IMG/VR virus record: IMGVR_UViG_3300037502_000756
Span: 1 to 62,544 of that record
Strand: one strand, 5' to 3'
Length of the DNA stretch: 62,544 nucleotides
From: a virus
Taxonomy: Duplodnaviria; Caudoviricetes
A model generated the notes under the pieces. It did no database searches. It saw nothing but the letters and a program-made list of their open reading frames with translations, and was not told where the DNA came from. The translations under genes were made by a program, and so were the position numbers. Shown one piece after another: positions 34,157 to 42,260 of this stretch. Every line of letters starts with the position of its first letter. The stretch's first letter is position 1.

Positions 34157-34388
34157 GACGTTCCCGATGTTCCCCGGGGACGCGGCTGCTGTCACGCCCA
34201 GTGATACCAGAAATTTTGTCGAGCCCAGCGTGCTGTTCATTGGCACAACGGGTGCTGTAAGGGTGTTGACCGCACAAGGCAGCGATGTGACATTCTCTGC
34301 CGTCCCAGGGGGCACCATACTCCCCCTACAAGTGCTGCGTGTTTACGCATCTGGTACTTCCGCGCTTAACATCGTCAGGATTTTCTGA
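34134..34388 (+). CDS. Head-spike base protein (RcGTA Rcc01079-like)
   Basis: AVTPSD...LFIG..G.V.V....G.DVTF..V..G.ILP.QV.RV..SGT.A..IV. Confidence 0.7.
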   Translation: MAKTNFSPTFPMFPGDAAAVTPSDTRNFVEPSVLFIGTTGAVRVLTAQGSDVTFSAVPGGTILPLQVLRVYASGTSALNIVRIF

Positions 34389-35806
34389 TGTCGTTTGGTT
34401 TCGGATTCTCACTGCCTGCAGTAAGATTCCTTGTTGCAGGTTACAACCCGTTTAATCAAAACGGGCCGACGTTGGATCTGTCTTTTATCGGGACAGCGCC
34501 TAGCGTCACAAATCTTAGTGACCCAAATGGGTTTACTCTAGATGCAGATTTCATTGTTCCGCAATATCAAATCGCCGCAGAGTACGTGATTTGGGAGGAT
34601 GGTATGGGTCTCGTCAGCAAAACCTTCTCGCAGATCATCACCTTCACCCGCGCCAGCACGGCGACGTACTTCGACGCCACGGGTACGCTCCAGAGCGCAG
34701 CGATTGATGTGCCACGCTTCGACTACAACCCCTCGACGCTGGCTGCTCAGGGGTTTTTGATTGAGGAGGCGAGGACGAATAGCATCCGCAACAACACGAT
34801 GCAGGGGGCGGTGGCGGGGACGCCGGGGACGTTGCCGACGAATTGGGGCGCGTTTACAGCACTTACCGGCTTGACTCGGCAAATTGTTGGGACTGGAACC
34901 GAAAACGGTATCACGTACATTGAAATTCGGTTGAGCGGCACACCAAGTGCTGCTGGCGATTATCAAATATTTACGGAGTCGTTGACACAAATAGCGGCGT
35001 CTTCCGGTCAATCGTGGAGCAGCAGTTTCTATTACAAATTGCAAGCCGGTTCGTTGACTGGCGTATCGGCAGTTCAGGTAAGCGTTGTTGAACGTGACGC
35101 TGCAGGGGCGTTTCTCACGGGAACTTTTACAAACGTCGCAACGCCTTCATCTACTTTGGTTCGCGGTGATACTTCAAGAACGCTTTCAAATGCGTCAACA
35201 CAGCGCGTGTCCGGTGATATTCGAATTATCTTGACCGGCGTTGCCATCGACATCACCCTCCGCATCGGCCTGCCCCAGCTAGAACTCGGCGCATTCGCCA
35301 CCTCCGTCATCCCCACCACCACCACAGCCCTGACGCGCAGCGCCGATGTGGCGAGTGTGAATACGTTGTCGCCTTGGTTCAATAGCGCGTCGGGTACTTT
35401 GTATGTTGAGGCCACAACACCACCTGGAATAGCTGGGTTCCCCAATAGTATTGGCATCAGTGATGGAACCAGTAACAACCGAACGCTTACATATGTGTTT
35501 ACAAACGGGTTTTATTCTGGAATCACAACTGGCGGTGTAAGCCAAGGAAACGCGCCTGTTTTTGTTACGCCTACTATTGGCGCGGCGTTTAAATTTGCTG
35601 CAGCGTACAACACAAATCTGCTTCAATCGGCATTAAACGGTACGGCTGGCACGCCGGATACAACAATTAACTTGCCGTCTGGCTTAAATATTATGCGTAT
35701 TGGAGCAGCAAGTTTAAGCTCTAACTTCTATAATTCTCACATACAAAGAATTACTTATTACCCGCGTGCTTTTTCACAAACAGAACTTCAGACCCTTACA
35801 ACATGA
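34388..35806 (+). CDS. Head-spike fibre with lectin-like (ConA/LamG) domains
   Basis: FTRASTATYFD..G.....D.PRFDY.P.....G.LIEE.RTN; QLELG.FATS.IPT.....TR.AD; YYPR. Confidence 0.75.
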   Translation: MSFGFGFSLPAVRFLVAGYNPFNQNGPTLDLSFIGTAPSVTNLSDPNGFTLDADFIVPQYQIAAEYVIWEDGMGLVSKTFSQIITFTRASTATYFDATGTLQSAAIDVPRFDYNPSTLAAQGFLIEEARTNSIRNNTMQGAVAGTPGTLPTNWGAFTALTGLTRQIVGTGTENGITYIEIRLSGTPSAAGDYQIFTESLTQIAASSGQSWSSSFYYKLQAGSLTGVSAVQVSVVERDAAGAFLTGTFTNVATPSSTLVRGDTSRTLSNASTQRVSGDIRIILTGVAIDITLRIGLPQLELGAFATSVIPTTTTALTRSADVASVNTLSPWFNSASGTLYVEATTPPGIAGFPNSIGISDGTSNNRTLTYVFTNGFYSGITTGGVSQGNAPVFVTPTIGAAFKFAAAYNTNLLQSALNGTAGTPDTTINLPSGLNIMRIGAASLSSNFYNSHIQRITYYPRAFSQTELQTLTT

Positions 35807-36261
35807 ACCCGCGCTTTTGGAGCAAAACCACCGCAGCCGGGAACGGCTGCATTGAGTGGCTTGGCGCACACTTGCCGGCAGGCTATGGCTTGTTCAAGAT
35901 CGCTGGCACGCGGCAGAACATCCTTGCGCATCGGTATGCGTATGAGGAGAAGTTTGGGCCTGTGCCATACGGCATGTATGTTTGCCATCGTTGCGACAAC
36001 CCGCGCTGTGTCAATCAGGATCATCTGTTTGCTGGCACGGCGAAGGACAACGTGCAGGACATGATCCAAAAGGATCGCCGCGTCATCAAACCCACGCCAA
36101 ATCAAAGCAATCCGAACGCAGTGCTGACTGATGCGCAGGTGCTTGAAATGCGTGCTCTACGCGGCGTTATGACTCAGCGGGCGTTGGCAAAACGCTTTGG
36201 CATTGGCACATCGCAAGTGTCTAGAATCATGCGTGGTCAATCACGCAGCATCACGGCATGA
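35803..36261 (+). mobile_element. Free-standing HNH homing endonuclease with C-terminal HTH
   Basis: CIEW.G...GYG, AHR..Y, VCHRCDNP.CVN.DHL..GT..DN. Confidence 0.9.
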
Positions 36262-36788
36262 CCCACGACCCCTTCGACCCCTTCAACGCCCTGATCGAGG
36301 AAACCGACCGCGCAGTGCTGAACGAAGAGCATCGTTGGGTTCAGCAACAGTTTTACGGAGAAACCATGTACCGCGACTACTACATCCGCGCACTGCCCAA
36401 GGACTGGCCCACGCTGATTGCGCTGGGGGTGAAGCTCGGGGCGCTGTCGGTGCACAAAACCGAGGACGGCGAGTCTGTCGTCTCGGCCACGACGCCTGGG
36501 GCCTGGGACTTCATCGGGGTGCTGTACAAGCCCACGGGGATGCTGCTGCCTGCAAGCGATGAGAGCGGCGATGCGGTGCCCGAGATGACCGAAGTCACTG
36601 ACGAGAAGGGCACGGCCTACTGGCATGCCAACCTGCGCACCACGGTGCATCTGGGTGAGGTGGCGCGGGAGATGGCCAAGACCGACAAGGCGGTGGCCAA
36701 GGCGATGAAAGCCCTCAGCAAGTACTTCCTGCTGGACGACGAGGGCAATCCTCGGGCTCCGGCGCAGCCATCGAGGGGTTACGCATGA
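36258..36788 (+). CDS. Hypothetical protein (possible fibre chaperone)
   Basis: D.IG.LYKPTG...WHANLR...P.QP.R pattern. Alternative start at 36366. Confidence 0.55.
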   Translation: MTHDPFDPFNALIEETDRAVLNEEHRWVQQQFYGETMYRDYYIRALPKDWPTLIALGVKLGALSVHKTEDGESVVSATTPGAWDFIGVLYKPTGMLLPASDESGDAVPEMTEVTDEKGTAYWHANLRTTVHLGEVAREMAKTDKAVAKAMKALSKYFLLDDEGNPRAPAQPSRGYA

Positions 36789-36973
36789 TCGCCGCCGCTC
36801 TGAAATCCCGCACCGTCTGGTTCGCCATCGCGCTGGCGGTGCTGTCCGTCCTGCAAGGCTTCGTGCTGCAACTGCCGATCCCGACCTGGGGCCACGCGGT
36901 CGTGGGCAGCGTGATCGCTGCGGCCATCGTCGTGCTGCGCATCATCACCACCCAGCCGCTGTCGGAGAAGTGA
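36785..36973 (+). CDS. Small two-TM protein (holin-like)
   Basis: KSRT.WF, two hydrophobic helices, LRIITTQPL..K. Confidence 0.6.
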   Translation: MIAAALKSRTVWFAIALAVLSVLQGFVLQLPIPTWGHAVVGSVIAAAIVVLRIITTQPLSEK

Positions 36974-37227
36974 TGGCTAAGACCCCCGCCTGGACCCGCA
37001 AGGAAGGCAAATCCGAGTCCGGTGGCCTGAACGCCAAGGGCCGTGCCAGCTACAACAAAGCCAACCCGGGCAAGCCGGGGCTAAAGGCTCCGCAGCCGGA
37101 AGGTGGCCCGAGGCGCGATTCGTTCTGTGCCAGGATGAAAGGGATGAAGGCGAAGCTAACAAGCGAAAAGACGGCAAAAGATCCGAACTCCCGTATCAAC
37201 AAAAGCCTGCGGGCATGGAAGTGCTAG
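36973..37227 (+). CDS. Small basic protein (GGLNAKGRASY...RR.SFCARM family)
   Basis: Lys/Arg-rich, ends LRAWKC. Confidence 0.7.
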   Translation: MAKTPAWTRKEGKSESGGLNAKGRASYNKANPGKPGLKAPQPEGGPRRDSFCARMKGMKAKLTSEKTAKDPNSRINKSLRAWKC

Positions 37228-37238
37228 GCGGAGCCGAC

Positions 37239-37484
37239 ATGGACGCAACTCTCCTTTGGAACACCCTTCTGACTGTCCTTCTGGGCGTGGTGGCATTCTT
37301 CATGGCCTCTAAGTTCCGGGAGCTTGACCGGCTCAGTATCCTGTTGAACCGTACCCGGGAAGAAGTTGCCCGTGATCACATCACTCGTTCCGAGTTCCGA
37401 CAGGATATGAAGGAACTGTTGGACCGCTTTGACAGGCTAGAAGCCAAGATTGACAACCTGAAAGGACGCCCCCATGCCAGCTAA
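37239..37484 (+). CDS. TM plus coiled-coil protein
   Basis: N-terminal hydrophobic helix, LLNRTREE.A...RLE.KID. Confidence 0.65.
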   Translation: MDATLLWNTLLTVLLGVVAFFMASKFRELDRLSILLNRTREEVARDHITRSEFRQDMKELLDRFDRLEAKIDNLKGRPHAS

Positions 37485-37641
37485 GTCCCCCAAGCAAGAG
37501 CGCTTCATGCAAGCGGTCAAGAACAACCCCGCCTTTGCCAAGAAGGCCGGTGTCAGCAAAGGCACTGCCGAGAAGTTCGTCGGTGCCAAGGCCCACAAGG
37601 GCAAGCCCAAGAAGATGGCTATGGGCGGCAAAGCCTGCTGA
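37474..37641 (+). CDS. 55-aa basic protein (MPAKSPKQERFMQAV...KKMAMGGKAC), not in the ORF track
   Basis: Translated by hand. AAGGA RBS. Confidence 0.7.
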   Translation: MPAKSPKQERFMQAVKNNPAFAKKAGVSKGTAEKFVGAKAHKGKPKKMAMGGKAC

Positions 37642-37650
37642 GGAGCAATC

Positions 37651-37968
37651 ATGCCCGGAACCTACCGCACTCCCACGGCAGAAGAATCTGCCAAGCTGGA
37701 GAAGTCCCGCAAGATGATGCGCAAAGGCATCGAAGGCGAGAAGGACTTCCTGTCCAAGATTCTGCCCACGATGGCGAAATCTGCCCGAGATGATCAGCGC
37801 ATGGCAAAGCGGATGCGGGAGTCGGTAGATCCCCGTGCCCGGGAAGGCGAGGCTTACAACCAAGCCGGATACCGCAAGGGCGGCATGACCAAAGGCTACG
37901 CCAAAGGCGGAGTCACCCGCGCAGATGGCTGCGCAGTCAAAGGCCACACACGTGGCAAGGTGGTGTGA
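37651..37968 (+). CDS. Basic protein with YRKGG/YAKGG and RADGCAVKG.TRG motifs
   Basis: GAGGAG RBS. Confidence 0.75.
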   Translation: MPGTYRTPTAEESAKLEKSRKMMRKGIEGEKDFLSKILPTMAKSARDDQRMAKRMRESVDPRAREGEAYNQAGYRKGGMTKGYAKGGVTRADGCAVKGHTRGKVV

Positions 37969-37969
37969 G

Positions 37970-38680
37970 ATGAAGACGACCTACACGGGCCCCGTGAAGA
38001 ACCGTGGCGTCAACGCCGAAGGCAAGGCGAACGTCAGCCGTGAAGAGCTTGAGGACTTCAAGCGCCAGTACGGCCAGGACAAGACGCTGCGCGATTTGCT
38101 GAACGCGGACAAGACGGGCAAGACTCCGGCTTCGGAAAAGTCGCCAATGGCGCGGGGCCCGCAGGGAGCCAATGTAGCGCCGCGTCGTGCTGAGATCCCC
38201 TCGGGCGGCGGTGCCAAGGCACCGGCTGACACGGGCATGGGTGGCATGTCGGACACCACGCGGAACGTCTTGACCACGCTAGGAGCGCTTGGTGTGGGTG
38301 GTGGGGCCGCTGGCCTAGGTGCCCGGGCGCTGATGCGCCGTGAGGCCGCAAAGCGGGCTGCTGAAGCAGAAAAGCTGGCGTCGAGGGTTACGCCCACCAT
38401 GCGCCGCTCGGGCGAGGGTGTTGACGAAGCAATGAAGCAGGCCCGGATCGAGATGGCCCGTGAGCCTCAGATGGAGCGTGCCCGGGCACTGAGTGCGGCG
38501 GAGCGGAAGGCCCCTGCGATGCAGGGCGACAAGGCCAAGACCAGCCCCCGTGCTCGCACCCGGGATGTGGATGAGGATGTCGAGTTCCGTCGCGGCGGCA
38601 AGGTGAAGACCTACGCCAAAGGCGGCAGTGTCCGTGGTTCCGGATGTGAGACGCGGCACAAGAAGACGAAGTACGTCTGA
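37970..38680 (+). CDS. Basic low-complexity protein with FRRGG/YAKGG and RGSGC motifs
   Basis: ATG at 37970 directly after the upstream stop. Confidence 0.7.
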   Translation: MKTTYTGPVKNRGVNAEGKANVSREELEDFKRQYGQDKTLRDLLNADKTGKTPASEKSPMARGPQGANVAPRRAEIPSGGGAKAPADTGMGGMSDTTRNVLTTLGALGVGGGAAGLGARALMRREAAKRAAEAEKLASRVTPTMRRSGEGVDEAMKQARIEMAREPQMERARALSAAERKAPAMQGDKAKTSPRARTRDVDEDVEFRRGGKVKTYAKGGSVRGSGCETRHKKTKYV

Positions 38681-38690
38681 GGAGAGCGCA

Positions 38691-38933
38691 ATGCTTTCGA
38701 GCAGGGGTATGGGCTGCATCCGCCCGGAACTCAAGAAGCCCAAGGCATTTGCCAAGGGCGGCGAGAGCCGCGTGAACGAGGCGGGCAACTACACCAAGCC
38801 TGGGATGCGCAAGAGCCTCTTCGAGAAGATCAAGGGGCAGGCTACGCAAGGTACTGCCGCAGGACAGTGGAGCGCGAGGAAGGCACAACTGCTTGCTAAG
38901 CAGTACAAACAACGCGGCGGTGGGTACAAGTGA
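38691..38933 (+). CDS. Basic protein (FAKGG; NYTKP.MRK; GQWSARKAQ)
   Basis: GAGGAG RBS. Confidence 0.75.
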   Translation: MLSSRGMGCIRPELKKPKAFAKGGESRVNEAGNYTKPGMRKSLFEKIKGQATQGTAAGQWSARKAQLLAKQYKQRGGGYK

Positions 38934-39163
38934 AAGCCCCACAGAAGTCCTTGAAGGATTGGACCCAACAAAAATGGGGCACCAAGAGCGGTAAGCCATC
39001 CTCCAAGACCGGCGAGCGCTACCTCCCGGAGGCGGCGATCAAGTCCCTGAGCCCTGCAGAGTACGCGGCGACAACGAAGGCGAAGCGGGCAGGCAAGGCC
39101 AAGGGACAGCAGTTTGTGAAGCAGCCACCGAAGGTGGCGGCAAAAACGGCGAGGTATCGGTGA
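38930..39163 (+). CDS. Basic protein (Q.SL..WT.QKW; GERYLP)
   Basis: GTGA overlap. Confidence 0.72.
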   Translation: MKAPQKSLKDWTQQKWGTKSGKPSSKTGERYLPEAAIKSLSPAEYAATTKAKRAGKAKGQQFVKQPPKVAAKTARYR

Positions 39164-39339
39164 TGGCTGAGAAGTGGATTCAAAAGGCGATCAAGCGCCC
39201 GGGCGCACTGCGCGAGAAGCTCGGTGCCAAGGAAGGCAAGCCCATCCCGGCGAAGAAACTCGCCGCTGCGGCGAAGCAGCCTGGGACGACGGGGCGTCAG
39301 GCGCGTCTGGCACAAACCCTTAAGGGGCTCAAGAAGTGA
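39163..39339 (+). CDS. 58-aa basic protein (MAEKWIQKAIKRPGALR...RARLA-like), not in the ORF track
   Basis: Translated by hand. TGATG coupling and a GAGG RBS. Confidence 0.7.
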   Translation: MAEKWIQKAIKRPGALREKLGAKEGKPIPAKKLAAAAKQPGTTGRQARLAQTLKGLKK

Positions 39340-40031
39340 CTACCTCCGGCACCGCGTCGTTCAATATGGATTTGAATGACATTGTGGAAGAATCAATGGC
39401 CCGGTGCGGCGCAGAGTTGCGCACGGGCTGGGATTTGCGTACAGCAAGAAACTCGTTGAACCTAATGCTGATGGATTGGGCGTCGCGGGGGATAAATCTT
39501 TGGACGGTAGCTCAAGACACCATCAACCTGACCCAGGGCACCAACACCTACAACCTGCCGCAGAACACCGTTGACCTCTTGGAGCATGTCATCCGCACGG
39601 GGGCAGGCAACGTTTCAACGCAGGTCGATCTGACCATCACGCGCATCTCAGTCTCTACCTACTCGTCCATCCCCAACAAGCTGCAGCAGGCACGCCCGAT
39701 TCAGGTGTGGGTGAACCGCCAAGCCCCGACGCCTCAGATCGTCGTGTGGCCTACGCCCGATCAAACAGGTGTTTATCAGTTCGTCTACTGGTATCTCCGG
39801 CGCATTCAGGACGCTGGTGCAGGCGGCACCTACACCCAGGACATCCCTTTCCGCTTCCTCCCGTGCCTTGTCAGCGGCCTTGCGTACTATCTGGCGCTGA
39901 AGATCCCAGGTGCGATGGACCGCCTTCAGGTGCTTAAAGCACAATATGACGAGGATTGGCGAATCGCCTCGGAGGAAGATAGAGAGAAAGCCGCAGTACG
40001 GTTCGTACCTCGGCAGCAATTCATTAGCTGA
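39336..40031 (+). CDS. Head-tail adaptor / tail tubular-type protein
   Basis: ARNSLNLM..DW..RG.NLWT; WPTPD; P.RFLPCLV.GLAYY. Confidence 0.7.
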   Translation: MTTSGTASFNMDLNDIVEESMARCGAELRTGWDLRTARNSLNLMLMDWASRGINLWTVAQDTINLTQGTNTYNLPQNTVDLLEHVIRTGAGNVSTQVDLTITRISVSTYSSIPNKLQQARPIQVWVNRQAPTPQIVVWPTPDQTGVYQFVYWYLRRIQDAGAGGTYTQDIPFRFLPCLVSGLAYYLALKIPGAMDRLQVLKAQYDEDWRIASEEDREKAAVRFVPRQQFIS

Positions 40032-40033
40032 TC

Positions 40034-40759
40034 ATGGCTAACCGCTTCGCTAACGGAAGGAAGTCATTCGGCTTCTGTGACGTTTGTGGCTTTCGTTTTG
40101 ACCTGAAGAAGCTCAAGAACCTAGTCGTCAAGACCAAACAAACACAAATCAAAGCCTGCCCGCAGTGCTGGACTCCAGATCAGCCACAACTGCAGTTGGG
40201 CATGTATGAAATTTCGGATCCCCAGGCCATCCGCGACCCACGCCCAGACACGAACACTTGGTTCCAATCAGGCGCCACTGGGCTGCAACTCACCAATACC
40301 TCCGGCACTGGGCCGGATCAAGACGGCTTCCCGGGCGAGGGTATGCTGATCACCCAATGGGGCTGGAACCCCATCGGCGGTGCGAGAGATTTCACTGATC
40401 CGTTGACCCCCAACGCGCTTGTGGGCGTGGGGCAGGTTGGACAAGTGACAACGTCGCCTACGGCTCCTCCAGGCGGTATTTATGTCAATTACTTGGCGAC
40501 TTCGACAGGGATGCTGCAAGCGGCAGTTGGTATTAACCCGGGTAATGCACTGTTTAATCTGACGTTTATTGGCCCGCGTCGGCTTGGTGACATAACTAAT
40601 AGCGGTACGGTAGTTTTAGCAGACTTTCAAGCATACGCGAGGTTCTACACAACAACTTCCGTCAATCCTCCGGCGTATAACCAATACATCCAGTCGGTGC
40701 TCAACCCCTACATGATTGCGAATCCCGTGACTTACGCCGCCTACTTGATCTTTACCTGA
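40034..40759 (+). CDS. Virion protein with CxxC...CxxC N-terminus
   Basis: CDVCGFRF, CPQCW.PDQPQL, DPQA.RDPRPD. Confidence 0.65.
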   Translation: MANRFANGRKSFGFCDVCGFRFDLKKLKNLVVKTKQTQIKACPQCWTPDQPQLQLGMYEISDPQAIRDPRPDTNTWFQSGATGLQLTNTSGTGPDQDGFPGEGMLITQWGWNPIGGARDFTDPLTPNALVGVGQVGQVTTSPTAPPGGIYVNYLATSTGMLQAAVGINPGNALFNLTFIGPRRLGDITNSGTVVLADFQAYARFYTTTSVNPPAYNQYIQSVLNPYMIANPVTYAAYLIFT

Positions 40760-40815
40760 GCGGGCGCTTCCGCTATCATTCACCCGGGCGCAGCCCGAAA
40801 CTTCAAGGAGTTCCC

Positions 40816-40989
40816 ATGAAAGACGCCATGAAAGCCCTCCGGGCGCATGCCAAGAAGCCTGCGGGCGTAGCCCACGGCCCCGGTGCCAAGCTCGCCCAGG
40901 GTGGGATCACCTCGCCGATGGCCCAGAAGATGGGTCGCAACATGGCTCGCGCACGCAACCAAGGCGCTGTCGGGCGCAAAAAGGGGTGA
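40816..40989 (+). CDS. 57-aa basic protein (KLAQGG; MGRNMARA.NQ), not in the ORF track
   Basis: Translated by hand. AAGGAG RBS. Confidence 0.7.
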   Translation: MKDAMKALRAHAKKPAGVAHGPGAKLAQGGITSPMAQKMGRNMARARNQGAVGRKKG

Positions 40990-40993
40990 GACC

Positions 40994-41176
40994 ATGATGA
41001 AGGCCAAGCCTGTTCCGACCCCTGCGGTCAACACCCCCAAGGGTGTCGAGCATCTGAACCCGTCCATCGGTGATGTGCGGGCCAAGGAATACCCACCTGT
41101 GAAGACCTCCGGGATCAAGGTGCGCGGCGGTAAGGCGCAGACCAAGGGCTTCATGGCCCGGGGGCCGATGGCGTGA
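40994..41176 (+). CDS. 60-aa basic protein (KT.GIK.RG.KA.TKG.MARGPMA)
   Basis: Start at ATG 40994. Confidence 0.65.
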   Translation: MMKAKPVPTPAVNTPKGVEHLNPSIGDVRAKEYPPVKTSGIKVRGGKAQTKGFMARGPMA

Positions 41177-41826
41177 ATTACTCGGCGCTTCTCACCGCCG
41201 TGCAGGACACCACTGAGAACACGTTCTCCGCGACGGACTTCGCCACTCTGACTCGGCTTGCCGAGCAGAAGATTTACCAGTCTGTCCAGCTTCCGATCCT
41301 GCGGAAGGACGCGACGTTGCCTTTGACGGGCGGCGTGCAGACGCTGAGCCTACCGGCAGACTTCCTGGCGGCGTACAGCCTCGCGGTGTACTCGACGCTC
41401 CTGGGCGGCGGCAACCGGGAGTTCCTCCTGAACAAGGATGTGAACTTCATGCGCGAGAGCTATCCGAACCCGGCCACTACAGGCACCCCAAGGTACTACG
41501 CCCTCGACGGCACAAGCACCCCTCTGATTCAAAAGATCATCCTGGGCCCCACGCCCGGGGCCAATTTCAGTGCGGAGTTGAACTACTTCTACCAGCCTGA
41601 GAGCATCGTCACTGCAACGAACACATGGCTAGGCGACAACTTTGAGTCTGTGCTGCTCAACGCGGTACTGGTCGAAGCTGCGCGGTTCATGAAGGCTGAG
41701 CAGGATGTCATGGCGATGTACCAGAACCAGTTCAACGAGTCGTTCCTGCTGCTGAAGAACCTTGGTGACGGGAAAAATCAGACCGACGCTTACCGCAGTG
41801 GTCAGGTAAGAAATCCTGTGAAGTGA
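41173..41826 (+). CDS. Second adaptor / tail tubular A-like protein
   Basis: AEQ.IY, LP.DFL, KDVNF.RE.YP, G.P.YYA, LGPTP. Confidence 0.7.
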   Translation: MNYSALLTAVQDTTENTFSATDFATLTRLAEQKIYQSVQLPILRKDATLPLTGGVQTLSLPADFLAAYSLAVYSTLLGGGNREFLLNKDVNFMRESYPNPATTGTPRYYALDGTSTPLIQKIILGPTPGANFSAELNYFYQPESIVTATNTWLGDNFESVLLNAVLVEAARFMKAEQDVMAMYQNQFNESFLLLKNLGDGKNQTDAYRSGQVRNPVK

Positions 41827-41833
41827 GATAACG

Positions 41834-42253
41834 ATGCCAATCCTGCAAGGTATGTGTTCCTCGTTCAAACAGGAGTCCTGGCTGGGTATCCATGATCTGG
41901 ACACCGACACGCTGAAGATGGCCTTGTACACGGCCAACGCGAACCTGAGCCAAGCCACGACGGTTTACACGCCGACCGACGAAGTGCCTACAGGGGGCGG
42001 CTACCTTGCGGGTGGACTTCCCATCACTGGGGCTCAGGTGCTTCTCTCCGGCACCACGGCGTATCTGACGTTCAACAACCCGGTGTGGTTCAACGCCTCC
42101 TTTGTCTGCCGGGGCGCATTGATCTACAACGCCAGCAAGGCCAACCGCACCATCGCGGTGATTGACTTCGGCGCGGACAAGACAGCGTCGGGCGCGTTCA
42201 CCATCCAACTCCCTGCGGCAACCGCCGCGTCCGCGCTGTTGCGCTTCGCTTGA
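41834..42253 (+). CDS. Virion/tail structural protein
   Basis: C.SFK.E...G.HD...DT.K.ALY; RGALIYN; DFG.DKT. Confidence 0.7.
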   Translation: MPILQGMCSSFKQESWLGIHDLDTDTLKMALYTANANLSQATTVYTPTDEVPTGGGYLAGGLPITGAQVLLSGTTAYLTFNNPVWFNASFVCRGALIYNASKANRTIAVIDFGADKTASGAFTIQLPAATAASALLRFA

Positions 42254-42260
42254 GGTCACT

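Noticed and set aside
32823-36261. Group I introns around the GIY-YIG and HNH genes
   Set aside because: The flanking genes are intact and no intron core was seen, so the endonucleases appear free-standing.
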